Below are positions 1 through 11,700 of a stretch of 64,000 nucleotides of DNA, one piece after another; position 1 is the first letter of the stretch, and each line of letters opens with the position of its first letter. The notes under the pieces are model-generated. The model saw only the letters and a list, made by a program, of their open reading frames with translations, did no database searches and was not told the origin of the DNA. Both the position numbers and the translations under genes were made by a program. The stretch comes from Macrostomum lignano (lineage: Eukaryota). The stretch spans positions 62,001-126,000 of the forward strand of contig NIVC01001396.1 of the NCBI GenBank assembly GCA_002269645.1. The letters are read 5' to 3'.

Positions 1-330
1 CCAGCAGGTGATGTTAATTGATAGGCAGCTCCGCAGGTACAGTCATCACCTCCGTCTTCTCGATGTTCACGCCGCTAGCCCGACCGATGCCGCAGAGCTG
101 TCTGCACCAGCTAGGCTGTCTAGCATGCGCTAGGCTCTCTCTCAGGGCCGCGTACATATAGAGGCGAGCATGAGCTCCAGGTAACCATGCAAGGAGCGAG
201 TACAGCGCCACTTCTCCAGTTGGCGGCTGCTCGTTCGCCGACACAGCAGGAAGCCGTCCTCATCTGTTTGGTAGCTGCCCCCCCGCAGCGCCCATTCGAG
301 CACCAACACGAAAAGGTAGGGCACAAGCTA
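1..330 (-). mobile_element. Degraded non-LTR retrotransposon (LINE, RTE-like) reverse transcriptase fragment
   Basis: Minus-strand frames read LVPYLFVLVLEWALR...DEDGFLLCRRTSSRQLEK...SLHGY, then after a frameshift GVNIEKTEVM. These resemble the LINE RT segments (QGD)xLxPYLF, (YADD) and GLxINxxKTEVM. The YADD motif is destroyed. Confidence 0.6.
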
Positions 331-1024
331 ATATTTACTTATAGTAATACTTTAAGTCCATGTAAGTATAATTTGCTTCGCTGTCAAGGGAAGCTATATA
401 CTACAAGCGTGTAACTTTCGTGTAACCGTGTAACTATCTTGTCTGGTACTTGGAGGCTTAACTAAAACAGCGTCTTTCTACTTCTCCTACAATTATTTAA
501 TGGCTGCAGTGTAAAGTAGGCCAAACAGATACATGTACATTCGTATAGTCTTGCACTTCGATCCTAAGTAATTTCCAGTTCGGAGTAACAAAAGAAGGCT
601 CGATCCATACAGATGAAGCTCTATACATATGCGTGCAGTCTAAAAAACACAGAAAAAAGTACTAGCTATAGCATAGCTAGAGTGTGCATTTAAATGTATT
701 CCAACTGTTTGCCAGTTCAAAGCTTATACACAAAGAGACTTAATAAATTATAGAAATAGATCCCGAGATTTACAATACATGTATCCACGAGCCTAAAGTG
801 TACTAAAAGTTTTTAAACTTTAAACTGTAAATTCAAGTGTACCTGCTGTACGTACGTACATGTATATACCTAAAAATATCTTAAACAAGCCATCCTTTAC
901 ACTCGATCGGGCGTTCATCAATCCACACCATCTGTACATGCATTATGTACGTATGCATCTACATGTAGCACATACAGTGTGTGGGGCCTTGCCATCTCTA
1001 ATCGATCAGAAAGACACTACTCGA

Positions 1025-1545
1025 TGACTTAATTATTACCTCCACTACTCTAACTACTCCCACTACTCCCACTACTCCCACTACTCCCTCTACTCACTAT
1101 ACTCCCACTACTCAACTACTCCCACTACTACCACTACTCAACTACTGCCACTACTCTCACTACTCCCACTACTCACTACTCCCACTACTCACTACTCCCA
1201 CTACTCACTACTCCCACTACTCCCACCACTCCTCTACTCCCACTACTCACTACTCTCACTACTCACTACTCCCACTACTCCCACCACTCCTCTACTCCCA
1301 CTACTCCCACTACTCCCTCTACTCACTATACTCCCACTACTCAACTACTCCCACTACTACCACTACTCAACTACTGCCACTACTCTCACTACTCCCACTA
1401 CTCACTACTCCCACTACTCACTACTCCCACTACTCACTACTCCCACTACTCCCACCACTCCTCTACTCCCACTACTCACTACTCTCACTACTCCCACTAC
1501 TCCACTATTTCCACTACTCACTACTCACTGCTCCCATTACTCCAA
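1025..1545. repeat. Low-complexity CACTACTC(CC) microsatellite/minisatellite
   Basis: Continuous ACT/CACTACTCCC iterations with an internal ~240-nt duplication. Confidence 0.95.
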
Positions 1546-1572
1546 CTCAATCTACATAAAGCAACCTGTCGG

Positions 1573-4392
1573 TCACTCGCAAGGCTCGATTCGTGGCCCA
1601 GTAATCACCATCAGGCTGTGAGAGTACTCCGACTCAATGCCGCCGCCCGTGACGCCGAGACAGTCGAATCCGTCGCAATAGGAGCCGTCGCTGTCGCCAG
1701 CCTGAGCTATGTTGACGCCGGCGCTGCCACCGCTGAGGCCGCCGCCTCCGCCGCCAACGAAGCCACCGTTGACGTCGGGACCTCCGCCTTCTCCACCGTC
1801 TCCTCCTCCATCAAACAGCGCCTGATCTCGATCGCCATCAGAGTTGTCCTTCCTTTTGTTTGCTTTGCCGTTCCATCCGGAGCCGCAGCCTCCTGGGTTG
1901 GCGCTGTTCGCGCCGGCGTTCGTTTCTTGATAGCCAGCCTGTCCGTTGGCTCCTCCGTTTAATCAAAGCTCTGCCGGCCACAAAATTGATTCGGTGGCGT
2001 CGGTCCCGCTCTCTCCAGCATTTCTTTCAGTAGGAATGAAATAGATAAATACATGAACAAACCTTCATATAAGGGCCTTTTAAAACCGAAAGCGCACGAC
2101 ACCCCTGACATCATGCAAGTTTTCCAGCCTAATTGATATCAGCTTCCCCTCTTTTGAGTCTTGGCATTTCAGCATTCTAATACAGGGGGCATTGGGATCC
2201 CAGTAACGATCTTTCATATACAACAATCTGACGTTTCTAAACTCCTCGCGATGAAAGTAGGCACTTCTCGAAAAACGGTCTCTGCTTAATTGTTCATGAT
2301 GATGAGGGGGGCCGTAGCCCAGCGGTAGCGCAGCTGCTCTGGTGTGCCAGCGACCCAGGCTCGACTCCAAGTGCAGTCACATTAATTTGGGGCTGAATTG
2401 GAATCTCGGCTTGGCTCTGCTCGTGCAATTAACGGCCTTGAGAGCCAACCCCCCAAGGCGCAGTGAAGTGTACATGCCTAACGATAATATAAAGTTAGGG
2501 CCGCTGTACACTCCTGTGTGAGTGTGTGCCTGCGTACGTATCCGCTCGCTTGTATGCCTGCTCAGGGGAGTCGGCGGAATGGGCAGTAATGCCTCTCGCC
2601 GGTTGTGTGCCTATGTCGCTTAAAGTGCGCCAGGGTGCACACAACCCCCCTGCCTCAAGCATGGAAACATATGAATACTCTCTGTCCTGCAATCACATTC
2701 GATCGCAAAAAGACTTACTTATTCGCTCGAAGGTGCTAATAGCGATGATTACATTATTAGCTAGTACCAACTCTAAAAAACGAGTAAATCTGTCTTGTCT
2801 AATGTCGTATACTTTCTCTACGGTAGAACCAAATAGACAGCCAAAGAGTTTCAGCATGTTAAAGATTTGCTGTGGCCTACAAAACTTTCTCACCATCAAA
2901 GCTTCTAGAAGCTCCACCACCACCGCCAGCAGCGTTTAACAGTTTTGAGCCAGTGTACACAAAACTGCCGCCGCAGCTACGCCGCAGCCTCCATAAGAAC
3001 GATTGGTTGTGCCGGCCGCCTGTCCAACACCGATTTTAAGAGTGTCTCCATTTTTCCAAGGCGAAATATATCCAGTAGACAAGGCTCCTCTGCCGCCGAG
3101 CTTGCCAGTATTGAGGTTGCTGCCGCCGCCGCTGGCACCGCTGACCTCGATACTGTAGCAGCCAGTCATCGTGATGGTCAGCTGCTGCACTGAACCGCGT
3201 CTGAACTGCTGGCTTCTGAATAAAATTAAATCGTGCATAGAAGGCAATTGGGAATCTGCATGTACATGTTATAGCTGGCACTTTGCTGTGTGACGATAGC
3301 TATCAACAAGCCAAATAGGATTAACTATATCCATACCGATACAAGCACACATACACCGGAAAAGTACGCAAACATAAAATCTCTCAGAGGAGGGAGAAAT
3401 ATGACTTCTCTGTACCAGTCTTGTTGGACACCGTGTCTTCGACTCTCTTGGACCTATACGCTATCGCTTCGATCAAAGAGATCTATAGCACTCACTTCGA
3501 AATACGGATGGTGGCTTGAACCGACGCAGAAAGACCTGGATGTGGAAGTCCTCTCGCCGTCAGACGCGCAGGCTGGAGTCATTCAGCTCGGCTCCCAGCT
3601 GCCTGCCGACGCGAGTCTCCTCGAGTCTCGCGAGGCCCAGCGCATTGTCGTGCACCACCAGCTGCTGGCAGAATCTAGTCGATGGTATGAAGACGGCCGC
3701 CAGGCAGTCACGTGACCGGCAGTTGGGGGGCACTCAGAGTCGGAGCACAGGGCGGTGGAGTTAAAAAAATCGCGCTGCTCGAGAAGGCGTTGAGTTGGAC
3801 TGGGGCCTCCGTGAGATCGATGGCGGCGCAGACGCCATCACGACTATCCAAGCTTGAAGCGACAGTAGAGTCAGTATTATAATCGGTGTCAGTTGACGTA
3901 GGGGTTAATTTTGTCCCTATTAAAATCTTTCAAACTGCCACCAAGTTGTCAGAGGGCTAACTTCTCTTTAATTAAAATCTCTCCGTTAAGTCTCCAAAGT
4001 TGTACTAATAGTTTCTATAATACTTGTACTTTTACAGATGTTGTACTTCTGGTAGCGTATGTACATGTACTGTACTCGTACTTTTGGCCTGAGCGGTCTT
4101 ATGGCACGGTCTACCCTATTCCTATACTCTAAGGCTTTTTATTCTCTCAGTCCTGGGCGTTACCGGGATCAGAGGGTCACAGCTTACTTGCTGGGTATTC
4201 TGCCCTGAGGCGGGTTTCTCAGATTCTGAGTCTGGATTTCTCTACCCTGTGGTAGGATTTCTGCCTTCTAAAGGCGATTTCTCAGATTCTAGATCTGGTG
4301 TCTCGTTCTCTGAGAACGGATTGAATTCTCCCAATCTTCTGGCTTTTGATGCTTCTAAATAACTAAGTTAGTAAGTATTGCTCAAGCTTCAT
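1573..4392 (-). pseudogene. Pseudogene of a secreted ALK/LTK-like glycine-rich (GR) domain protein
   Basis: Exon-like pieces: ~4392-4188 (ATG, decayed signal peptide, donor CAA|GTAAGC); ~3215-2894 (TGCYSIEVSGASGG...GGRGA...LKIGVGQ, then frameshift to GGGSFVYTGSKLLNAAGGGGGAS, donor G|GTGAGA); ~2024-1573 (NGGANGQAG...GGCGSGWNG...GGFVGGGGGGLSGG...DGSYC...MVITGP...TGA). In-frame TGA and TAG stops plus frameshifts. Confidence 0.75.
2500..2890 (-). mobile_element. Possible Penelope-like RT remnant inside an intron of the pseudogene
   Basis: RFLELVLANNVII...DREYSY...GGLCAPWRTLSDI loosely resembles the PLE RT pattern LLELxLxNN...YxQxxGxAMGxxxAPxLAxI. Stops are present and the similarity is weak. Confidence 0.2.
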
Positions 4393-4457
4393 TTTAAGAT
4401 ACTGGAACAAATTGTAAGCCAGAAGCAAGTTGCCTCTTCTCTTGCTGGCAGCTCGTA

Positions 4458-4465
4458 TATTTATA
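4458..4465 (-). promoter_or_regulatory. TATA box (TATAAATA) of the glycine-rich pseudogene
   Basis: GGGGTATAAATA on the minus strand, about 70 nt upstream of the ATG at 4392. Confidence 0.5.
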
Positions 4466-4847
4466 CCCCTTTTCAGCATGGTTTAAAACAAATAAAATTT
4501 TATAATATTCATAATATTCACAATATTACTAATATTATACACGTTAAAACAGAGTAGCCTAATTTTAATGCAAAGCCAGTGAAACTAAAGAATTGAAAAG
4601 CTTGTCTCTCAAATACGTCTACGGAATGCAAACCTGATAGTGTTTCACAGCCAATGAGACAGCTGCTTTGTGCAGCTAATCAAGATTTTCGAGAATTCCA
4701 GATCTTACCACACCGTACCATATTAAATTGTGTTTTACTTTAGTAATTCAAAAGAATGAACATCGCGTTTTTTTTCTAAACGACAGAGAAAGTCTACGTA
4801 TTCAGGAAAGAAAATACATCCGCATGTGGTTTCTCGGGTTTCCAGTA

Positions 4848-6482
4848 TTAAGTAGCCGTCGCCTTAACTTCCTCTGACAGATCGTCAGTGTTTTGCAGAC
4901 TGGTCACCCGACTTTTCCGTCCGAAAGCGACCTCGTACACAAGTTCCAGCAGCTCGCACAGGGTCAGCAGGGACATGCCCAGATACACGCCCATTATGCC
5001 GCCAACGTCCGAGATAAAGTCGGAAAAGTTGTAATCTTTGGAGAATGTCACTCTGTCGCAGAATACGCGCTCCGGCTTAAAGTGCACTTTCAACAGATTG
5101 CTGCTAACGTAGGAGGCAAAGTCGCTTGTTGAATAGTTGTTCAAGAGGTAGTCGAGAGCCGGGACGCTCTGATTTTTAGCTTGAGCCTTCAACTGAGCCA
5201 CATTCACCGAGGTTTTAATAAAAGCGTCAGTCGAGCTTCTTGTAGGCCAATCGGCACTGGAGATGCTGATGCTGTAGTCCATCAGGCTGCATGGACGCTT
5301 TGTCTTGCAGAGCTTTTGTGCCTCTATCGCAATCCTATTAATCCGCTGTACTATCGAAGCATTTGAGCCAACTCTGATCAGATCAGCAATTGATACAACG
5401 GAAAAGTTATAAGCGAAGGGCTTTCCTCTCAACGGCCATGGCAGAGGTGACTGCAAACCAGACGAGTTTATTATCGTCTGATACTGCCTATGGTACTCAT
5501 AGTAGTAACAATACGAATAGCTGTACGAATAATTGCTGGGCGTTTGATCGTACAAATTCACAAACTGAACATCCGCAGATTCGCTCAGACAGTCGTCAAA
5601 CTGGCCTTCTTTGTACACGTGCTGCGTCATCCCAATTAAAACGGTGTGATGCTTGGCTGCATCCAGAGAGAATGACTTCACAAAGTCGGAGGGAATTTCT
5701 CCTGGCTGGGTGAGGAACACTCGAGCACCGGATCGCCTGTCCGTGCTGATCAAACTGAGTTCCGACAAGAGCCAGTCAGACAGGGGTATTGGGGCACCAA
5801 AGATGAACACGCCAGAGTCGATTCTGACTGCTGGGAAACCCGTGTCAACAAACAGACTGAGGATCAGTCCTGAGTTGGAGCCACCTCGTGAGATTTTTTT
5901 CTGCAACTCACTGCTCAGTTTCCACTTTTGGCAGCGAAGAAAGTTTGGATCGTAGTAGGCTTGTGGCTGCAGGACTTCATATCCAGGTAAACCAGAATCC
6001 TGTTTGTAGATGGCGTAGCTTTCAATGACTGTTTGCTCGGCTCTGTGACCAAGCTTGTCTGCCAGGAAAGTATACGGAGCAGACTGCGGCAGCAGCCCTG
6101 AGAGATTTTTTATATAGCTTCTTGCTGTGAGATCGTCCTTTCCCATAGCCATGTAATCTGCATAAAGGTGATAGAGTCCTGCTGAAAGCGCTGAGTTGAC
6201 CATTTTATTGTCAATCTGGCTGGAGTAACTTGACGATATTGGGTTCTCGAGGCAGACGTACATATCGGGAAATTGAAACTCTACCTGATTAGCCTCCAGG
6301 GTCGATGTGACTTGCTGAGACTGCAGTTTGATAATAAAGTCGGAGAATCCTTTTAGAAAGAGGCCCAGCATAGCGAGGTAAAGCAGTAGCCAACCGACGC
6401 GTACATAAATCGGCTTTCCAGAGACGGTTCTGGGAAGTCCGTGAGCCGTTGTCGATTCCAACGCTGCTTTCAGTGGATTCAT
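4848..6482 (-). CDS. DEG/ENaC (amiloride-sensitive, ASIC/FaNaC superfamily) channel subunit, intronless CDS, 544 aa
   Basis: Likely start MNPLKAALESTTAHGLPR (pre-TM1 HG motif); TM1; FPDMYVC; SADWP; TM2 SDVGGIMGVYLGMSLLTLCE with the GxS filter. Confidence 0.92.
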   Translation of the reverse strand: MNPLKAALESTTAHGLPRTVSGKPIYVRVGWLLLYLAMLGLFLKGFSDFIIKLQSQQVTSTLEANQVEFQFPDMYVCLENPISSSYSSQIDNKMVNSALSAGLYHLYADYMAMGKDDLTARSYIKNLSGLLPQSAPYTFLADKLGHRAEQTVIESYAIYKQDSGLPGYEVLQPQAYYDPNFLRCQKWKLSSELQKKISRGGSNSGLILSLFVDTGFPAVRIDSGVFIFGAPIPLSDWLLSELSLISTDRRSGARVFLTQPGEIPSDFVKSFSLDAAKHHTVLIGMTQHVYKEGQFDDCLSESADVQFVNLYDQTPSNYSYSYSYCYYYEYHRQYQTIINSSGLQSPLPWPLRGKPFAYNFSVVSIADLIRVGSNASIVQRINRIAIEAQKLCKTKRPCSLMDYSISISSADWPTRSSTDAFIKTSVNVAQLKAQAKNQSVPALDYLLNNYSTSDFASYVSSNLLKVHFKPERVFCDRVTFSKDYNFSDFISDVGGIMGVYLGMSLLTLCELLELVYEVAFGRKSRVTSLQNTDDLSEEVKATAT

Positions 6483-7045
6483 GGCGAGCCTGCAGGTACT
6501 GCTGCTCCAAGTAAGTAAAAAAACGTTGGCAAGTTTCTGCCCCATGCAGTTGAGAATGATTGGGTTTTTCTGGTCATCTATAGGCTCTACCGCATTGGTT
6601 ACTTTGCGGACAGACTAACACAAGTAAAGGCAGGTATGTCCATGAAAAATCGATCGTCTAACTAAATAGAGAGCACCTGTGTACACATCGCTTTCTGCCG
6701 CACTTTTCAGCGCCTAAACAGTAATCTTGTAACAATCGCTTTAAAACTTGATAATAAATTCAGCGAAAAACAACTTTGTCATACATGCAGTCGGTGGCCA
6801 ATAATTCAAACAAAACTGATATTCATTCCAGATTTTGAAAGGAAAATTTATTTCATAACAGTTTAACTTTTCTCATTGTATATTAAACTAATACAAAACT
6901 AATTTAACAAATGGTTTCGCAGAGAAGTTTCAAAAACTCGAACAAAAGGGCCGCAAACAACCTAGCCGAAGGATGAAAATAGAATAAAAATTGTCATTTT
7001 AGAAAGTCAACATAAGTAGAAATTATAAAGCTGTTTTAAATATGC

Positions 7046-8717
7046 TCATAAGGATGATTCCGTTGATTTTTTGTCCTCTGCTAAAGCGTCAACTTTCACT
7101 GATTGATCAGCTTTTCTTTTGAGCAGAAAATTCGCTGATATCTCGTAGATCAGTTCGAGAACTTCACACAGCGTCAACAAGGACATTCCCAGATAAATTC
7201 CCATAATGCCACCAACATCGGATATGAAATTCGATGCTCCGTAGTCTCTGGAGAACGTGATCTTGTCGCACTGAACTTTACTCGGTAGAAAGTGCACTTT
7301 AAGCAAGTTTTTGTTCGAGTAACTGACGACCCTGTCGGCGCTGCCGCTAAGCAGAAAGTCCAGCGCCGGCACACTGAGATTCTGGGCTTTGGCCCTGCTC
7401 CAAGACTGGAAGATGAAGCTTCTGATAAACGGATCGAGCGAGCTGAGCGAAGGCCAGTCAGTGCTGGAGATCCGAACGCTGTAGTCCTGGTCGCTGCATA
7501 GCCGTTTTGATTGACACGCCTTCACGGCATTCACACGAGTCTGGTTGATCGCAGCATCGCAATATTCTCCAAGCGAACCATTCATGGCCAATACTGAGAA
7601 AAAGTTTGGCAAACCAGTGAGGTTGGTCACGTATTTGTAGCCTCTTAATGGCCACGGCATTGGGCTAATCTCTCCGGACAGTTGCAAGCAAGTCTGACAC
7701 TGCTTGTGATACTGGTAGTAGAAGCAGTACGAGTAGCTGTAACTGTACTCATAGGGATCGAGTCCGATTGTAAGGGTTCAAGAACTGAACTGGGGGCTCA
7801 TTCTCCAAGCAATCGAACTGGCCAGATTTGTACTGATATTTGGTCATGCCGATCTCCACGGTGTGGTGCTTCCCGGGACTGAGCGTGAACGACGTCGTGA
7901 AGTCGGACGGGTACTGACCCGGAGGTGCGAGGAACACGCGGACACCCGAGCTCCTGTCTGGACCCACCGGGTCGCCAAGAGTCCAGTCCGAGGTCGGGAT
8001 CGGGGTGCTCTGATCGAACACCTTCTGTTGAATTCTGTTAGAGGCGCTATAAATATCGGAGAAGTTTTGATCGATAAGAATTCGAGCAATTATGCCTGAC
8101 GTCTTTCCCGCCTGCAAAATTTTTGCTTGCATCGAACTGTTGAGGGCCCATTTCAGGCAGCGAAGCCACTTCGGATGATAGAAGCTTTCAGGTCGAAGGT
8201 CCCGATACAAAGCCGTTCCATAGTTGCTGAGGTAGGTGATTTGGCTGGTGATCACCGACTGTTCTGCTCTGTGCCCCAGAGCGTCAATCAGCAAGCTGTA
8301 AGGCAGGGACTGCGGATACATGAAGCTGAACTCTGCTTCAGTTTGCCGAGCTTCTTCACCTGTTATACCCAGCATTGCGATATAGTTCTGTATGGCTCCG
8401 CTTGTCGCATTCAATCCCGCATTGATTTCATCAGCTGTGGCCGCATCGACCCTCGCGGAGTAGCTTCCAGAGATTGGACTCTCGAAGCACATGTACACGT
8501 CCGGGAAGACGAAGCTCTCAACTCCCACTTCCTGTGTGCTGGTTGGCTCGTTCTGCTGCAGTTTAACCACAAAATCGCTGAATCCTGTGAGGAAAAGCGC
8601 CAGCATTGTGAAAAAGATGAGCAACCAGACGATTCGGATGTAAATTGGCTTGGCTGACACTGTTCTCAGGAGCGCGTGCGCCGAAGTGTTCTCCAAAGCT
8701 GACTTTAGTGACTGCAT
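7046..8717 (-). pseudogene. Second DEG/ENaC paralog with a single frameshift near 7750 (pseudogene or assembly indel)
   Basis: ORF 8717-7749 (MQSLKSALENTSAHALLR...FPDVYMC) continues in another frame as YEYSYSYSYCFYYQYHKQ...STDWP...SDVGGIMGIYLGMSLLT. The span is 1672 nt (3n+1) and is colinear with the 4848-6482 gene. Confidence 0.85.
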
Positions 8718-11700
8718 TGTTACCTAGCAAAGTTATCAGGAAACGATTTCTTCCTTATTAGCAAGTTCTGGTCGTTTGTTACCGGCGGAGTTTCGCGGAC
8801 ATTCTATCATGCTGAGCCTGCTATATTCATAGCTTGCTTGTTAATAGGGTAGAGGTTCTCAACCGCACCTGTGTAAACACTAAAAAAGTTAGCCAGTGTA
8901 TGCATATACTCTCCAAATACGCTCATTAATTTGGCTTTCACTAATTCTTTCTCATATAGATTTTCCATGGCAACGCCTAATGGCCCTCCAATAATGTCAT
9001 TCATGGATGATTTTCAGCTTTGTATTCCAATGAAAAATGCTTCCGTTTGTTTTTTGTATAACTCATGAGTTATACAAACTCACCTACTCACCTATTGTGA
9101 CCTGAGAACTTCAGACAATAAGTTTTGGCAAATATAAATCTTCTCGATGAGGTCAACGGATCGCTAATTACTATGTGCGCATACTTGGGCCAAAAATTCA
9201 GGACAACTGCCGGATGCAACGTTTTGTAAAATGTAACGGGCTCTAAATTATGATTCTTGCAATTTGTCCTACACGTACATGTACAGCGCTGCAGGCGAAG
9301 CTGCTTATACATGTACTTCGTCATACATGCAACTGAATCGTATGGACGATATTTCATTTTATTGATTTGCTTGAGCCACTTCCAATCTCCGTGTGGTGCT
9401 TCGATCCCAGGACCCGAGAGAGGAATCCGAGTCAGCGAAATGGGCTAAATTGGTCTCTGGGTTGTTGGTGCATCGGATCATTAAAAAATAATTTAGTGAT
9501 TAAAAAGCATGACCTTAGTTTTGTCAATTATTTTGTGAATTATCAAAATAATTTCTACTCATTTTCATGTACATGTACATTTGTAATATAAAAAATCAGC
9601 TTGCATTTTTAAAAAGGCGCATGCGCATGCTGCAGCTCATCCCGCACGGTAATTCGACGTCGGACTCACCTTCCCGACGTCATATCGACGTTCTCGACTA
9701 CTGACCGACTTCGATGACAAATAAATGCATGATGCGCTTTAACATTTATATCGACGGATAACGACGTCACGCACATGTACGTCGGTTGAACATCGGTGCA
9801 ATTTAAAAATACATATCTGCCATATATGTCGATAGACGTCGGGAACGTCGGTCGACGGCGGATTTCTGTACGTGTTTGTCAGCCCTGCTCTGTTGAGAAT
9901 AGCTACAGTCTTGATATGATTCCGCGTTTGTCTTGATATTCACGAGCTGCTGTACGACGCTGTCATAATTAAAGTGCTGCGGATATTAACTCATTGACCA
10001 AAAAACTTACATGATTTTATATAAGGCCCTCAGCATGTAATGATGCATCAGCATCATTACACATATTTTTTTCTCTTTGGCTATACCACAGAACTGGGTC
10101 TATACATGTAAAGTGTTTGATAGAGTAAAATAGTGTTGTAGAACTTATAATATTTTACTAGAAAAGATAATCAACACGACATAAATTTTAAGTCAATATT
10201 GTAAGAGTTAACTAATTAAAGTACGGATTTTTTAAGGTAATATTTTGGTTAAAAACTAGTTAAAGGTTTAAAACTTTGGTTTCCTAATGTTATTTTTTTT
10301 AACCGTAAAAACTCATTTTACGCAATTCAAAATATTATTTCTTGCAATTAGACGCGTTATTTTAACTTACAAACATCAATTTCATCATTTAAAATTAAAA
10401 TGTACCGGACCTCGAACAATTAATAAATACACTCGCTTATATTCGCTAAACAGGATTTGTGCCTGAGCTAAACTTACTACTACTACTACTACATTTTCTG
10501 TTATAAAAAATGAATAAATTTCTTTATTGATAAATGACATAGGCCTAATCTGATTAGGGTCTAGGCCTACCATTTCAAAAATATTAAGTCAACAAAATGT
10601 TGTAGGCCTATTAATAGTGAAAGTGCTTATCCCCATGGTCCCGTGCCGATAATCTAATTTTATCTACACGGATCCGTGTTGATAATTTCCAGCTTATCCC
10701 TACAGCAGCTTATTGAAATAGCTGCTACCATTCAAGTCTATATAATAGGCCATGTCAATAATTCCAATAGGCACTTCAGTGAGAAAATTAAATTTCAGAA
10801 ATTGTTATAGGCTGCTATTTCACTAGATAGATCTTACTTTCCCATTTCCAAAATGGCCAAACTTTAGTGATTTGGTTGAGTAATAAGGAAACTACAGCTA
10901 TTTTAGTAACCCCGATTTGTGCCTTTAGCCAATGGAATTTTTACATTACGGTTTGTGATCATTTTTGGCCAAAAAGTTGGCTTTTTGTCTTTGAACACTT
11001 GTAATTAATTTTCTAGCCAACCAAAATGACTGTGCTTGGTGTCATTTTGTTCAGTTTTTTAGTGTTAATTGTATGAATTATATATTTTAATATTATTTTA
11101 TATGCCCAAGTTGCTAAGCTAATTGAAACAGGATGGGTGTATGAAATTTTGACTATTTTAACCAGATACGCAATGATTGCAATTTTAAAAATACAATAGC
11201 ATCTGTTCTGCTTGCTTAATTTATACAAGGCTAGTGTCATTTTGTTCAGGTTTTTACCTACTATAATACTATTCTACTTCTTGCCCTAAATTTTTAATGC
11301 ATGACAGACACCCCAACTGCAATGTAATGTGCTGTACAGGCTTTGCGCATGGGTTTATTAAAAAACGGTTTTGCCTATCGTGTTCAGCATAGTAGAATTA
11401 GTTAAATGACACAGAGAACTAGTTTGCCGGAAGGCAGAGTCTCACAAAAAACACGAAATACACGTTTCAATGGGTATTTTACATGTAAACGTATCAAAAA
11501 AAGAAACCTCCACAAAATTTTTGCGCCTATAGCTATTGGCAAGCGGTTTTTTTTACTGTGCTTGTATTGTCAATAGGTAATGAAAAATATAAAGAGAAAC
11601 AATGCAGGAAAAGGATTTCATGGAAAATTTTGGATTTGAAATTTTGCATAGAGCCATATGGGCATTAAAAGAAAAAAAAAATTTTTTTTAACACCAGAAA

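Noticed and set aside
1618-1962. Ala/Val/Ser-rich plus-strand ORF
   Set aside because: Antisense of the glycine-rich pseudogene exon.
7749-7760. Programmed ribosomal frameshift in ENaC-2
   Set aside because: No slippery heptamer or stimulatory structure is evident; an indel is the simpler explanation.
4893-8657. Plus-strand ORFs overlapping the ENaC genes
   Set aside because: Antisense shadows of the minus-strand coding sequence.
11310-11395. Cys-containing frame CNVMCCTGFAHGFIKKRFCLSCSA as a possible missing KDM7 PHD exon
   Set aside because: Spacing does not fit C4HC3, it ends in a stop, and there are no convincing splice sites.
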